From the NCBI GenBank assembly GCA_964574665.1, contig CAZNOJ010000002.1, positions 6,130 to 70,129 on the forward strand: 64,000 nucleotides of DNA. The letters are read 5' to 3'. Positions 35,426 through 44,934 of the stretch are shown here, piece after piece (positions within the stretch are counted from its first letter, which is position 1; the number at the start of each line of letters is the position of its first letter). A program made the translations under genes and the position numbers. The notes under the pieces are model-generated. The model searched no databases, was not told the origin of the DNA, and was given only the letters and a program-made list of their open reading frames with translations. This stretch comes from an uncultured Gemmatimonadaceae bacterium. Lineage in GTDB: Bacteria > Gemmatimonadota > Gemmatimonadetes > Gemmatimonadales > GWC2-71-9.

Positions 35426-36276
35426 GGCGGCTCGGTGCCGCGCTCGGCGCAGTGCTGCTGGCCGCCGGCCCGGCGCTCGCGGCGCAGACGATGCGGAGCT
35501 ACGCGGCGGGCGGGCCATCCGCCAACCCACCGGCGGTGCTGCGCACCGTGCTGGAGTTCGGTGCCGGTCGCGTGGTGGTGCGGGCCGGCACCGGGCCGTC
35601 GCTCTACGATGCGCAGCTCCGCTATGACGCCGATCGGTTCACGCCGGTGCATCGCTACGAACCTCGCACCGGTGCGCTGCGCCTCGGACTCGAGTCGGTG
35701 GGACGCGCCGGGATCCGGGTGACGTCGCGTTCACAGCTCGAGCAGGTGGCGCGCTTCGAGCTCTCGCCCCGGGTGCCGCTCGAGCTGGAGGCGTCGCTGG
35801 GAGCCAGCGAGGCGCTGCTCGACCTCGGCGGCCTCACCCTGCAGCGCCTCGCGGTGCGGGCCGGCGCCACCCGCGGCACCATTGATTTCTCCACCCCGAC
35901 CCGCGGCACCTGCCGCGAGTTCGCGCTGGCCCTCGGGGCCGGCGAGCTCCTGGCCCTGCGGCTGGCGAATGCCGGCTGCGAGCTGGTGCGCATCGAGGGC
36001 GGCGTGGGCCGTGCCCTGCTCGACCTGGGCGGCACCTGGCGCCGTGACCTGCGGGTCGAGTCGAAGCTCTCCATGGGTTCCCTCGTGGTGCGCATTCCCC
36101 GCGGCACGGGCGTGGAGGTGACCGCGCAGAAGTTCCTCTCGCGGTTCGCCATGGAGGGGCTCACCCGCGACGGCGATGCCTGGCGGACGGCCGGTTTCGC
36201 GCAGGCCGAGCGCAAGGTCACCCTCGACCTGCAGGCCAACGTGGCCGGGTTCGAGATCGAGTGGATTGACCGCTGA
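35422..36276 (+). CDS. Hypothetical exported beta-rich protein
   Basis: ATGA overlap with the upstream gene. Signal peptide MRRLGAALGAVLLAAGPALAAQ. Repetitive beta-strand pattern. No motif recognised. Confidence 0.55.
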   Translation: MRRLGAALGAVLLAAGPALAAQTMRSYAAGGPSANPPAVLRTVLEFGAGRVVVRAGTGPSLYDAQLRYDADRFTPVHRYEPRTGALRLGLESVGRAGIRVTSRSQLEQVARFELSPRVPLELEASLGASEALLDLGGLTLQRLAVRAGATRGTIDFSTPTRGTCREFALALGAGELLALRLANAGCELVRIEGGVGRALLDLGGTWRRDLRVESKLSMGSLVVRIPRGTGVEVTAQKFLSRFAMEGLTRDGDAWRTAGFAQAERKVTLDLQANVAGFEIEWIDR

Positions 36277-36341
36277 CCCCGCGGCGCCCGCCGCGGTCCG
36301 GCACGATTCAGCTCCTGCCTCGATCCGGTTAGGTTCCCCGG

Positions 36342-37664
36342 ATGCTGTCGTTCGTCGCGTCCGCGAGCACCGCGGCCCCTGAGGGGGCGCGCGAGATCCC
36401 CGACATCTTCCTGATGCTGGTGGTGATGGTGTCGGCTGCCTACGTGGGCGGCCGGGTGTTCCGCCGCATCGGCCAGCCGGCCGTGCTGGGCGAGCTGATC
36501 GCGGGGATCCTGGTGGGGCCGTCGCTGCTGGGCTGGGTGGCGCCGAGCGACCCGATCGTGCACGTGATCGCCGAGTTCGGCATCGTCATCCTGCTGTTCC
36601 AGATCGGCCTGCACACCGACCTGCGCTCGCTGCTCGGCGTGGGCCCCGCGGCGGCCTCGGTGGGCCTCCTGGGCGTGGTGCTGCCGTTCTTCTCGGGCTA
36701 TTTCGCTGCCACGTGGCTCGGCGTGCCGACCCTCGCGGCGGTGGTCTGCGGTGCCGCCATGACGGCCACCTCCATCGGCATCTCGGCGCGGATCCTGGGC
36801 GACATCAAGGCGCTCGACACCCCCGAGGGCAAGACGGTGCTCGGCGCCGCCGTGCTCGACGACGTGATCGGCCTGGTGATCCTCGCGGTGGTCACCACCG
36901 TGGTGACCGGCGGCGCGATCACGGCGGGAAGCGTCTCCCTCACGGTGGCCAAGGCGATCGGCTTCCTCGCGGTCGCGCTGCTGCTCGGGCGGCTCCTTGC
37001 CCCCCGGCTGTTCGGCGCGATCGACCGCGGCCCGGGGAGCGGCACCACCGGCGCGCTGGCGCTGGCGTTCGCGCTGCTGCTCGCCGCCCTCGCCGCCATG
37101 GCGGGCTCGGCCCTGATCATCGGCGCGTTCGCGGCCGGCCTGATCCTGCACGGCACCGCGCAGCGCCCGCGGATCGAGGGCTCCACCAGCGCCCTCGGCC
37201 ACTTCTTCGTGCCGATCTTCTTCGTGTCGGTGGGGGCCTCGGTGGACCTGCAGGCGATGCTGGCCCCACAGTCGCTGCTGCTCGGCAGCGTGCTCATGGT
37301 GGTGGGAATCGCCACCAAGTTCGCCGCGGGGTACGCCCCCTGGTGGGTGCCGATGCGCCACGCGGTGGTGGGCGTGGCGATGGTGCCCCGCGGAGAGGTG
37401 GGCCTCATCTTCGCCCAGATGGGGTTCGCCACGGCCGCGCTCACCCCGGAGCTGTTCGGTGCGTTGATGCTGATGGTGATGGGCACCACGTTCGTGACGC
37501 CACCGTGGCTGGCGTGGATCGCCGGGGCGCATCGCGGGGAGTTCGCGGCGCCCGGCCGCCGCTCCGAGCATCGCCACCTGCAGGAACTCACGGTGGGCGA
37601 TGACGACGACCAGGACATCGGCACGGTGGACGACCTGGTGAGCGGCGAACGGAAGGACGCCTAG
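36342..37664 (+). CDS. Cation:proton antiporter (CPA2/Kef-NapA type)
   Basis: About 12 hydrophobic helices. Typical N-terminus ...LMLVVMVSAAYVGGRVFRRIGQPAVLGELIAGILVGPS. No C-terminal KTN domain. Confidence 0.8.
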   Translation: MLSFVASASTAAPEGAREIPDIFLMLVVMVSAAYVGGRVFRRIGQPAVLGELIAGILVGPSLLGWVAPSDPIVHVIAEFGIVILLFQIGLHTDLRSLLGVGPAAASVGLLGVVLPFFSGYFAATWLGVPTLAAVVCGAAMTATSIGISARILGDIKALDTPEGKTVLGAAVLDDVIGLVILAVVTTVVTGGAITAGSVSLTVAKAIGFLAVALLLGRLLAPRLFGAIDRGPGSGTTGALALAFALLLAALAAMAGSALIIGAFAAGLILHGTAQRPRIEGSTSALGHFFVPIFFVSVGASVDLQAMLAPQSLLLGSVLMVVGIATKFAAGYAPWWVPMRHAVVGVAMVPRGEVGLIFAQMGFATAALTPELFGALMLMVMGTTFVTPPWLAWIAGAHRGEFAAPGRRSEHRHLQELTVGDDDDQDIGTVDDLVSGERKDA

Positions 37665-37668
37665 CCCG

Positions 37669-38754
37669 TCACTCCAGCCGCGGCAGCTTGACGCCCACTT
37701 CCGCGCCGCGGCGCACGATGCGCTCCGCCACCTCCGTGAGCATCACTGCCGCGGCGCTCCCCGGCGCCGCCACCACGATCGGCTCGCCCCGGTCGGCGGC
37801 ATCGGCCAGTCCCATCTGCAGCGGCACCTGCCCCAGCAGCGGCGTGTCCAGCTCCGCGGCGAGGCGCTCCCCGCCCCCGGCGCCGAACAGGTCGTGGCGC
37901 ACCCCGGTCACCGGATCGAGGAAGCCGCTCATGTTCTCGACCACCCCGAGCAGCGGCACGTTGACGCGGTCGAACATCCGGGCGCCGCGGAGCGCATCGC
38001 CCACCGCCACTTCCTGCGGCGTGGTCACGATCACGGCCCCGCTCACCAGCACCTGCTGCACCAGCGAGAGCTGCGCATCGCCGGTGCCCGGGGGCATGTC
38101 CACCAGCAGGTAGTCGAGCTCGCCCCACGCGACGTCGTGCAGGAACTGCTGCAGCACCTTGGTGATGATCGGGCCGCGCCAGATGGCGGGCGCATCGCGG
38201 TCCACGAGGAAGCCGATGGACATCAGCTTCACCCCGTGCGCCTCGAGCGGGATGATCCGCTTGTCCGCATCAATGCCGGGACGTTCGAAGACCCCCATCA
38301 TGCGGGGCACGTCGGGCCCGTAGAAGTCCGAGTCGATCAGCCCCACGCGGTGACCCGCTTGCGCCAGGGCGATGGCCACGTTGACCGACACGGTGGACTT
38401 GCCCACCCCGCCCTTCCCCGAGGAGATCGCCACCACCCGCGCGATCCCCGGCACCGCCATCGGCACCGGCGCCGGCACGCCGGCCTGGGCGCTCTGGGGC
38501 GGCTGGTGCGTCGCGGCCGGGGGCCCCGAGGGGTCCACCACCTTGATGTGCACCGTGGGGAACCCGGCGGCGGCGAGGGCCTGCCGGGCCTGGCGCACCA
38601 GCGTGGCGGGGTCGTCGCGACCGAGCAGGAAGGTGAACCGCACCGCGTCGCCCTCGCGCTCGAGATCCGCGATCATCCGCGACGCGTGGATACCGTGCCC
38701 GGTGCGGGGGTTGACCACCTGGTCGAGGGCGGCGACGATCGGATCGAGGGTCAT
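37669..38754 (-). CDS. apbC: Fe-S cluster carrier ATPase Mrp/ApbC
   Basis: The ATG at 38754. N-terminal DUF59-like segment (ALDQVVNPRTGHGI). Deviant Walker A ISSGKGGVGKST. DMPPGTGD is present. Confidence 0.88.
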   Translation of the reverse strand: MTLDPIVAALDQVVNPRTGHGIHASRMIADLEREGDAVRFTFLLGRDDPATLVRQARQALAAAGFPTVHIKVVDPSGPPAATHQPPQSAQAGVPAPVPMAVPGIARVVAISSGKGGVGKSTVSVNVAIALAQAGHRVGLIDSDFYGPDVPRMMGVFERPGIDADKRIIPLEAHGVKLMSIGFLVDRDAPAIWRGPIITKVLQQFLHDVAWGELDYLLVDMPPGTGDAQLSLVQQVLVSGAVIVTTPQEVAVGDALRGARMFDRVNVPLLGVVENMSGFLDPVTGVRHDLFGAGGGERLAAELDTPLLGQVPLQMGLADAADRGEPIVVAAPGSAAAVMLTEVAERIVRRGAEVGVKLPRLE

Positions 38755-38764
38755 GGAACCACGC

Positions 38765-39028
38765 TCACACCGCCTCGACGACCCGGACTTCCGGGACCAG
38801 CTCCCGGAGGCGGATCTCGATGCCGTGCTTGAGGGTGATGCTGGCCGCGGCGCACCCATGGCAGGTGCCGCTCAGCCGCAGGGTGAGGCGCCCTTCCCCG
38901 GGATCGAAGTCAATCACCTCGACCGCGCCCCGATGCGAGGCGATGTAGGGACGGATGCCATCGAGGCCGCGTTCGATGCGCTGCAGCACCGCGTCGATCC
39001 CGCCCGCGGCGGGTTCGGTCCGGTTCAC
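38765..39028 (-). CDS. NifU C-terminal-domain (Nfu-type) Fe-S assembly protein
   Basis: 87 aa with the CxxC motif LSGTCHGC and IRPYIASHRGAVEVIDF. The GTG start overlaps the nrnA stop (GTGA). Confidence 0.8.
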   Translation of the reverse strand: MNRTEPAAGGIDAVLQRIERGLDGIRPYIASHRGAVEVIDFDPGEGRLTLRLSGTCHGCAAASITLKHGIEIRLRELVPEVRVVEAV

Positions 39029-40047
39029 GACGCCGGCACCCCCGCCACGAAGCGGCGCGCGGCCGCGAGCACGTCCCGCTGCACGGCGTCGAGGTCGCCG
39101 GCGATCGCCACGCCGGCGGCCTTGGTGTGACCGCCGCCGCCCATGGTGCGCGCCAGGGCGGCCACGTCCACCGTGCCCACCGAACGGAACGACACCTTGA
39201 TCCGCCCGCCCGAGACGTGGCGGAACAGGATGGCCAGGCGCACGCCCTTGACCGCGCGGGCATGCTCCACGATGCCGTCGAGGTCGTCGGCGTCCACGCC
39301 ATGCCGCTCCAGGGCCCCCGGCGGCACGGTCATCCACGCGATCCCGGCGTCGTCCTCGATCACCAGCGTCTGCAGCGTCTCGGCGAGGAGGCGGGGGCGA
39401 CCGGGCGGTGCGGAGGCGTACACCTCCAGGTACACCTCCTCCGGATCGGCACCCAGCTCGAGCAGCTCGGCGGCCACCCGCAGGGTGCGCGGCGTAGTGT
39501 TGGAGAACCGGAACGAGCCGGTGTCGGTGACGATCGCCACGTAGATCGCGTGGGCGATCTCGCGGGTCACCGGCCGGTCGAGATCGCGCGCCAGCAGGAA
39601 GATCAGCTCGCCGGTGGCCGCGGCGGTGGAGTCCACGATCCGCGGGCCCGGGGGAAGCTGCCCGCCGCCGGTGTGGTGATCAATGCAGGCCACCGGCACG
39701 TTGCGCTCCCGCACCACCTCGCCGAGCTGCCCCAGGCGGGACTGGTCCGCGATGTCGAGCACGATCACCAGGTCGGCGCGACGCAGCTCCTTCACGGCGG
39801 TGGCGGAGCGGTCCACCCCGGGCAGCGACGTGAACAGGAAGGCGAAGCGCTCCGGGGTGGGCGACGGGTTGGCGATCACCGGGTCGAGCCCCATGTCGCG
39901 CAGCAGGTGCGCCAGCGCCACCTCGCTGCCGAGGCCGTCGCCGTCGGGATTGACGTGGGTGGTGAGCACCACGCGGGTGCCGGGAACGAGCAGCGCCGCC
40001 AGCTCGTGGGCGGCGGCGCGCTCGGGTGCAGCCAGGGAGGACGTCAT
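39025..40047 (-). CDS. nrnA: DHH-family phosphoesterase (NrnA-like oligoribonuclease/pAp phosphatase)
   Basis: DHH motifs HVNPDGDGLGS, VLDIAD and IDHHTG. DHHA1 motif GGGGHTKAAG. Confidence 0.85.
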   Translation of the reverse strand: MTSSLAAPERAAAHELAALLVPGTRVVLTTHVNPDGDGLGSEVALAHLLRDMGLDPVIANPSPTPERFAFLFTSLPGVDRSATAVKELRRADLVIVLDIADQSRLGQLGEVVRERNVPVACIDHHTGGGQLPPGPRIVDSTAAATGELIFLLARDLDRPVTREIAHAIYVAIVTDTGSFRFSNTTPRTLRVAAELLELGADPEEVYLEVYASAPPGRPRLLAETLQTLVIEDDAGIAWMTVPPGALERHGVDADDLDGIVEHARAVKGVRLAILFRHVSGGRIKVSFRSVGTVDVAALARTMGGGGHTKAAGVAIAGDLDAVQRDVLAAARRFVAGVPAS

Positions 40048-40060
40048 CCCCGCAAAATAA

Positions 40061-41515
40061 TCAGGTCGGCTCTCCGGTCCCCTGGCGGGCGAGCCGGGAG
40101 TGCCGCACGCCGTACAGGAAGTAGATCGCCAGGCCGATCGCCAGCCAGATGCCGAGCCGCTCCCAGGCCACCCGGGGGAGGTAGTACATCAGGTAGAGCG
40201 AGGAGAGCACGCCCATGGGGGCCACGAACCACACCAGCGGCGTCCGGAACGGTCGGTGCAGGTCGGGCTCGCGGAGCCGGAGCACGATCACCCCGGCCGA
40301 GACGATGGCGAACGCGAGCAGCGTGCCGATGGACACCAGGTGCGCCGCCTCGGAGACGGTGAGGAACCCGGCAGGAATCGTCACCGCGATGCCCACGGCA
40401 ATGGTGGTGATCCAAGGTGTCCGGAACGTCGGGTGGATGACATTGACCCACTTGGGCAGGAGCCCGTCGCGCGACATCGAGTAGAACACGCGGGTCTGCC
40501 CCATCATCTGCACGAGGATCACCGAGGTGAGGCCGGCGATCGCGCCGATCTTGATGAGCGTGGCGAACCACCCCAGCCCCGCGACGTCGGCCACCTTGGC
40601 GATCGGGTCGGGGACATTCAGCTCCTGGTAGGGTACCACGCCGGTGGCGATCGCCGAGACCACCATGTACAGCACGGTGCAGATCAACAGCGAACCCAGG
40701 ATCCCGATCGGCATGTCGCGCTGGGGGTTCTTCGCCTCCTGCGCCGCGGTGGAGACGGCATCGAACCCGATGTAGGCGAAGAACACCACCCCGGCGCCCG
40801 AGATGATCCCGGTGAGCCCGAACGCCTCGCGCGCCCCGGTGTTGGCGGGAATGAATGGCTGCCAGTTCGCGGGATTGATCTTGCCGATGCAGAGGAAGAT
40901 CACGGCGAGCACCACCGCCACCTTGATCACCACCACCACGTTGTTGACCTTCGCCGATTCCCGGATCCCCACCACGAGCAGCGTGGTGATCAGCAGCGTG
41001 ATGATCACGGCCGGCAGGTTGAACAGCGCCGTGACCGTGCCGCCATCGGCAAGTTGCACGGTGGCGCCGGCCGGGGCGGTGAGTGCCGGGGGGATCGCGA
41101 TGCCGAGCTGGTTGAGCAGCGACACCACGTAGCCCGACCAGCCGATCGCCACCGTGGTGGCGGCAAGGGCGTACTCGAGGACGAGGTCCCACCCGATGAT
41201 CCAGGCGAAGAGCTCGCCCAGGGTAGCGTACCCGTAGGTGTAGGCGCTCCCGGCCACGGGAACCACGGAGGCGAACTCCGCATAGCAGAGCGCGGCGAAG
41301 ATCGCGGCCATCCCCGCGAGGCCGAAGGAGAGCACCACCGCGGGGCCAGCATTGTTGGCGGCCACCGTGCCGGTGAGCACGAAGATCCCGGTGCCGATGA
41401 TGGCCCCGATGCCGAGCATGACGAGGTTGCCCGCGCCCAGCGCGCGGCGCAGGCCGCTTTCGTCAGCGGCCTCCGCCTGCAGCGACGCGATCGACTTGCG
41501 ACGGAACAGGTTCAC
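40061..41515 (-). CDS. APC-superfamily amino-acid permease
   Basis: 484 aa, 12-14 TM. The N-terminal region LRRALGAGNLVMLGIGAIIGTGIF is typical of amino-acid/polyamine permeases. GTG start. Confidence 0.85.
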   Translation of the reverse strand: MNLFRRKSIASLQAEAADESGLRRALGAGNLVMLGIGAIIGTGIFVLTGTVAANNAGPAVVLSFGLAGMAAIFAALCYAEFASVVPVAGSAYTYGYATLGELFAWIIGWDLVLEYALAATTVAIGWSGYVVSLLNQLGIAIPPALTAPAGATVQLADGGTVTALFNLPAVIITLLITTLLVVGIRESAKVNNVVVVIKVAVVLAVIFLCIGKINPANWQPFIPANTGAREAFGLTGIISGAGVVFFAYIGFDAVSTAAQEAKNPQRDMPIGILGSLLICTVLYMVVSAIATGVVPYQELNVPDPIAKVADVAGLGWFATLIKIGAIAGLTSVILVQMMGQTRVFYSMSRDGLLPKWVNVIHPTFRTPWITTIAVGIAVTIPAGFLTVSEAAHLVSIGTLLAFAIVSAGVIVLRLREPDLHRPFRTPLVWFVAPMGVLSSLYLMYYLPRVAWERLGIWLAIGLAIYFLYGVRHSRLARQGTGEPT

Positions 41516-41643
41516 GGCATGGACCCCGGCGGCGGCAGCTTCTCGTTGGGCGGGGTGCTCAGCAACTTCTTGTACGACCAGCTGGTGAGCCCGAGCACGA
41601 AGGCCCAGGCACCCAGCATGAAGAGCAGGGCATTGGTGGTCAT
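41512..41643 (-). CDS. Small single-pass membrane protein (43 aa), possible MetS-like accessory subunit of the upstream NSS transporter
   Basis: Not in the ORF track because it is shorter than 60 aa. The ATG at 41643 lies 1 nt after the NSS gene stop. Translation MTTNALLFMLGAWAFVLGLTSWSYKKLLSTPPNEKLPPPGSMP. The TGA overlaps the GTG of the permease gene (GTGA). Confidence 0.55.
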   Translation of the reverse strand: MTTNALLFMLGAWAFVLGLTSWSYKKLLSTPPNEKLPPPGSMP

Positions 41644-41644
41644 C

Positions 41645-43243
41645 TCACGCCTCCCGGCCGGCGGCGCGGCGGCGCGCCCAGGCCTTCTTGATCAGGAAGA
41701 GCTGGAACAGCAGGATCGCCACCATCACGCCGCGGGACGCCCAGCGCACCACGGCGCGCTCGGGGGTCTCGGGCGTGCCGTCCGCGCTGACCATGGTGAG
41801 GACGCCGAACGCCTCCGTCACGGTCCACCAGGCCATCATCACCAGCAGGAAGAGCGGCGTGACGTACGTCATCACGAACTTGTAGAACTTCGGGATCCGG
41901 ATCGTGGCGCCCTCGTGGATCTCGTTCCACATCCGGTCGGGGCCCAGCACCCAGACGAACAGGATCGTCTCCACGATGGCGAGCACCACGAGGCCGAATG
42001 TCCCCGCCCAGTAGTCCCACTCGTCGAGGAAGCCGCGGGTGTTGTACACGATGTGCAGGATGCCGAGGGCCACGACGATCGCGCCGAGGGCCCAGACGGT
42101 CTGCTTCCGTTTCCAGCCGAAGTTCTCCTCCACGAAGGACAGCGCCGGCGTGGCCATGGAGACCGACGAGGTGATCCCGGCGAAGAACAGCAGCCCGAAC
42201 CACATCACCCCCGCCAGCGTGGCCATGATCGCGCCGCCGGGGAGCTCGTTGAACACCAGCGGCATCGCGATGAAGCCCAGGTTGAACGACCCCTGTCCCG
42301 CGATCATCACCGCCCCGCTCACCCCGAAGAACGCCACGATCGCCGGGATCGCCAGCGAGCCGCCCAGCACCACCTCGGCGGTCTCGTTGGTGGACGCGGT
42401 GGCGATGCCCGAGAGGGCGATGTCGTCCTTCTTGGTGAGGTAGGAGGCGTACGCCTGCAGCGATCCCATCCCCACCGAGAGCGTGAAGAAGATCTGGCCC
42501 GTGGCGGCGAGCCAGACCTTGGGCTCGCCCAGCTTGGACCAGTCCGGCGTGAACATGAAGTTGAGGCCCTGCATCGGGTTGGTGGTGGTGGCCACCCCGT
42601 CGATCATCACCGTCTGGTCACCCAGCGTCAGCACGCGGATGACCAGGATCGCCGCGAAGATGAAGAGGATCGGCATCCCGATCTTGGCGAGCTTCTCGAT
42701 CCCGGCCGAGATCCCCTTGCTCACCACCCAGAAGTTGATGGCGATGGTGATGAAGAAGAAGATGAACGGCGTCCAGAAGCCGTGCACCGTGCCGTTCTCG
42801 AGGTTGACGTAGGAATTGAAGAACGCCTGCATCCCCGCCTGGTCGAGTCCCTGGGTCTGGCCGGTGAGCGAGAAGAAGGTCCACGCCAGGGTCCACGACT
42901 CGATGTAGCAGTAGTACACCAGCACCACGAACGGCATGAACAGGCCCAGCACGCCGAGGTACTTCGAGACCGGATGGTCCCAGAGCGAGTGGAACATCCC
43001 GGGCACCGAGCCGTGGCCGCGCTGGCCGCCGTGGCGCCCCACCCCCCACTCGATCCACATCAGCGGGATCCCCACCAGCAGGAACGCGATGAAGTAGGGG
43101 ATCATGAAGGTGCCGCCGCCGTTCTCGACGGCCTGGCGGGGGAACCGCAGGAAATTGCCCAGGCCGACCGCGTTGCCGGCCATCGCGAGGATCAGCCCGA
43201 TCCGGGATCCCCACTGTTCGCGTGGTGCTGAGGTGTCGGTCAA
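41645..43243 (-). CDS. Sodium-dependent transporter, NSS/SNF family
   Basis: NSS signature WGSRIGLILAMAGNAVGLGNFLRFP near the N-terminus. 532 aa, multi-TM. Confidence 0.9.
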   Translation of the reverse strand: MTDTSAPREQWGSRIGLILAMAGNAVGLGNFLRFPRQAVENGGGTFMIPYFIAFLLVGIPLMWIEWGVGRHGGQRGHGSVPGMFHSLWDHPVSKYLGVLGLFMPFVVLVYYCYIESWTLAWTFFSLTGQTQGLDQAGMQAFFNSYVNLENGTVHGFWTPFIFFFITIAINFWVVSKGISAGIEKLAKIGMPILFIFAAILVIRVLTLGDQTVMIDGVATTTNPMQGLNFMFTPDWSKLGEPKVWLAATGQIFFTLSVGMGSLQAYASYLTKKDDIALSGIATASTNETAEVVLGGSLAIPAIVAFFGVSGAVMIAGQGSFNLGFIAMPLVFNELPGGAIMATLAGVMWFGLLFFAGITSSVSMATPALSFVEENFGWKRKQTVWALGAIVVALGILHIVYNTRGFLDEWDYWAGTFGLVVLAIVETILFVWVLGPDRMWNEIHEGATIRIPKFYKFVMTYVTPLFLLVMMAWWTVTEAFGVLTMVSADGTPETPERAVVRWASRGVMVAILLFQLFLIKKAWARRRAAGREA

Positions 43244-43282
43244 GCCGCCCTCGGGGTGGATGGTGGACGCCGGTTGCCCGGC

Positions 43283-44857
43283 CTACGAGTAGACCTTGAA
43301 CTCGCCCCGCCGGTACATCGCCCAGTACGCCTGCAGGTCGGCCTTGACCTTGCCCGAGAGCATCAGCACGCCGAACAGGTTGGGGAACGCCATCCCGAGG
43401 ATCATCAGGTCGCCGAAGTCGAGCACGTTCTGCGCCGAGATGATCGCGCCCAGGAAGGTGAAGGTGACGAAGAGCACCTGGAACCAGCGGGTCTTGTCGT
43501 CGCCGAACAGGTAGCACCAGCAGCGCTCGCCGTAGTAGCTCCACGAGATCATCGTGGAGTAGGCAAAGAGCAGCACGCACGCCGCCAGGATCATCGGGAA
43601 CCAGGTGATGTGCTCGCCGAAGGCGCGTGAGGTGAGCGCGGCGCCCTGCGTCGCGGCCCGGAGCCCCTCGTAGTCGGGGTTGTTGTAGGCCCCGGTGATC
43701 ACGATCACCAGCGCCGTCATGGTGCACACCACCACGGTGTCAATGAACGGCTCGAGCAGCGCCACGATCCCCTCGCGCACCGGGTAGGGGGTGCGCGCCG
43801 CCGAGTGGGCGATCGCCGCCGAGCCGGCGCCGGCCTCGTTGGAGAACGCAGCCCGCCGGAACCCCTGCACCAACACCCCGATGATCCCGCCATAGCCGGC
43901 CTCGGGGGAGAAGGCGCCCGAGAAGATCGCCCCGAAGGCGCCCGGGATGTGCGAGGCGTTGTCCACCAGGATGAAGAGCGCCGCAGCCACGTACAGCCCC
44001 ACCATCAGCGGCACGATCTTCTCCGCCACGTCGGCGATCCGCCGGATCCCGCCGATGATCACGATCCCCACCATCACGGCCATCACCAGCCCGTAGATCC
44101 ACTCGCGGCCCACCAGGAACGGGATCGTCTCCTGCACCGCGTTCATGGACTGGTTGACCTGGAAGGTGTTGCCGCCGCCCAGCGACCCGCCGATGCACAT
44201 CACGGCGAAGATCACGGCCAGTGCCTTGCCCAGCCGGCCCCAGCCCATTTCGCCGAGGCCCTTGGAGAGGTAGAACATCGCGCCGCCCATCACCCGGCCG
44301 TCGGGGCGGATCTCGCGGTACTTCTGCCCCAGGGTGCACTCGGTGAACTTGGCCGTCATGCCGATCAGGCCGGCGATGATCATCCAGAAGGTGGCGCCGG
44401 GGCCGCCGATCGAGACGGCGATCGCCACCCCGGCGATGTTGCCGAGGCCCACCGTGGCCGAGAGCGCGGCGGCGAGCGCCTGGAAGTGGGACACTTCGCC
44501 CGTATCGGCAGGATTGCTGTACTTGCCGCGCGTCACGTTCACCGCGTGGCGGAACGCGCGCAGGTTGATGAACCCCATCTTGACGGTGAGGAAGATCGAC
44601 CCCAGGACCAGCCACAGCACCACCAGCGGCAGCACCAGGTTGGTCTCGCTGGCGTTGTCCCAGAAGATGACGTCGCGGAAGATGAACCACTCGAAGACGC
44701 CGTTGACGCGGTCCATTGCCCCGTCCACCGTGGCCATCCAGCCGGTGGGGACAGGGGCGGCGGGAACGGTGTCCTGCGCCACGGCGGGCGTGGCGCACAG
44801 GGCGGCAAGGGCGAGGAGGCCGGTGAACAGGCTCAACGGCGAAGAGCGACGAGTCAT
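43283..44857 (-). CDS. Alanine/glycine:cation symporter (AGCS family)
   Basis: The family-typical segment GGPGATFWMIIAGLIGMTAKFTECTLGQKYR. 524 aa. The N-terminus is signal-like. Confidence 0.88.
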   Translation of the reverse strand: MTRRSSPLSLFTGLLALAALCATPAVAQDTVPAAPVPTGWMATVDGAMDRVNGVFEWFIFRDVIFWDNASETNLVLPLVVLWLVLGSIFLTVKMGFINLRAFRHAVNVTRGKYSNPADTGEVSHFQALAAALSATVGLGNIAGVAIAVSIGGPGATFWMIIAGLIGMTAKFTECTLGQKYREIRPDGRVMGGAMFYLSKGLGEMGWGRLGKALAVIFAVMCIGGSLGGGNTFQVNQSMNAVQETIPFLVGREWIYGLVMAVMVGIVIIGGIRRIADVAEKIVPLMVGLYVAAALFILVDNASHIPGAFGAIFSGAFSPEAGYGGIIGVLVQGFRRAAFSNEAGAGSAAIAHSAARTPYPVREGIVALLEPFIDTVVVCTMTALVIVITGAYNNPDYEGLRAATQGAALTSRAFGEHITWFPMILAACVLLFAYSTMISWSYYGERCWCYLFGDDKTRWFQVLFVTFTFLGAIISAQNVLDFGDLMILGMAFPNLFGVLMLSGKVKADLQAYWAMYRRGEFKVYS

Positions 44858-44934
44858 TCCACGTCCAGGAGGGGGTGAAGCCTGTCGTGCGAAGGGAAGA
44901 CGCAGGGCGGCAGGAGGACCCGGCCGCCTGAGGG

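Noticed and set aside
40100-43231. 1043-aa ORF on the plus strand
   Set aside because: It lies antisense to the APC permease and NSS transporter genes. The composition is dominated by R/H/G/D/E/P with no motifs. The transporter frames carry family signatures, so this is a shadow ORF.
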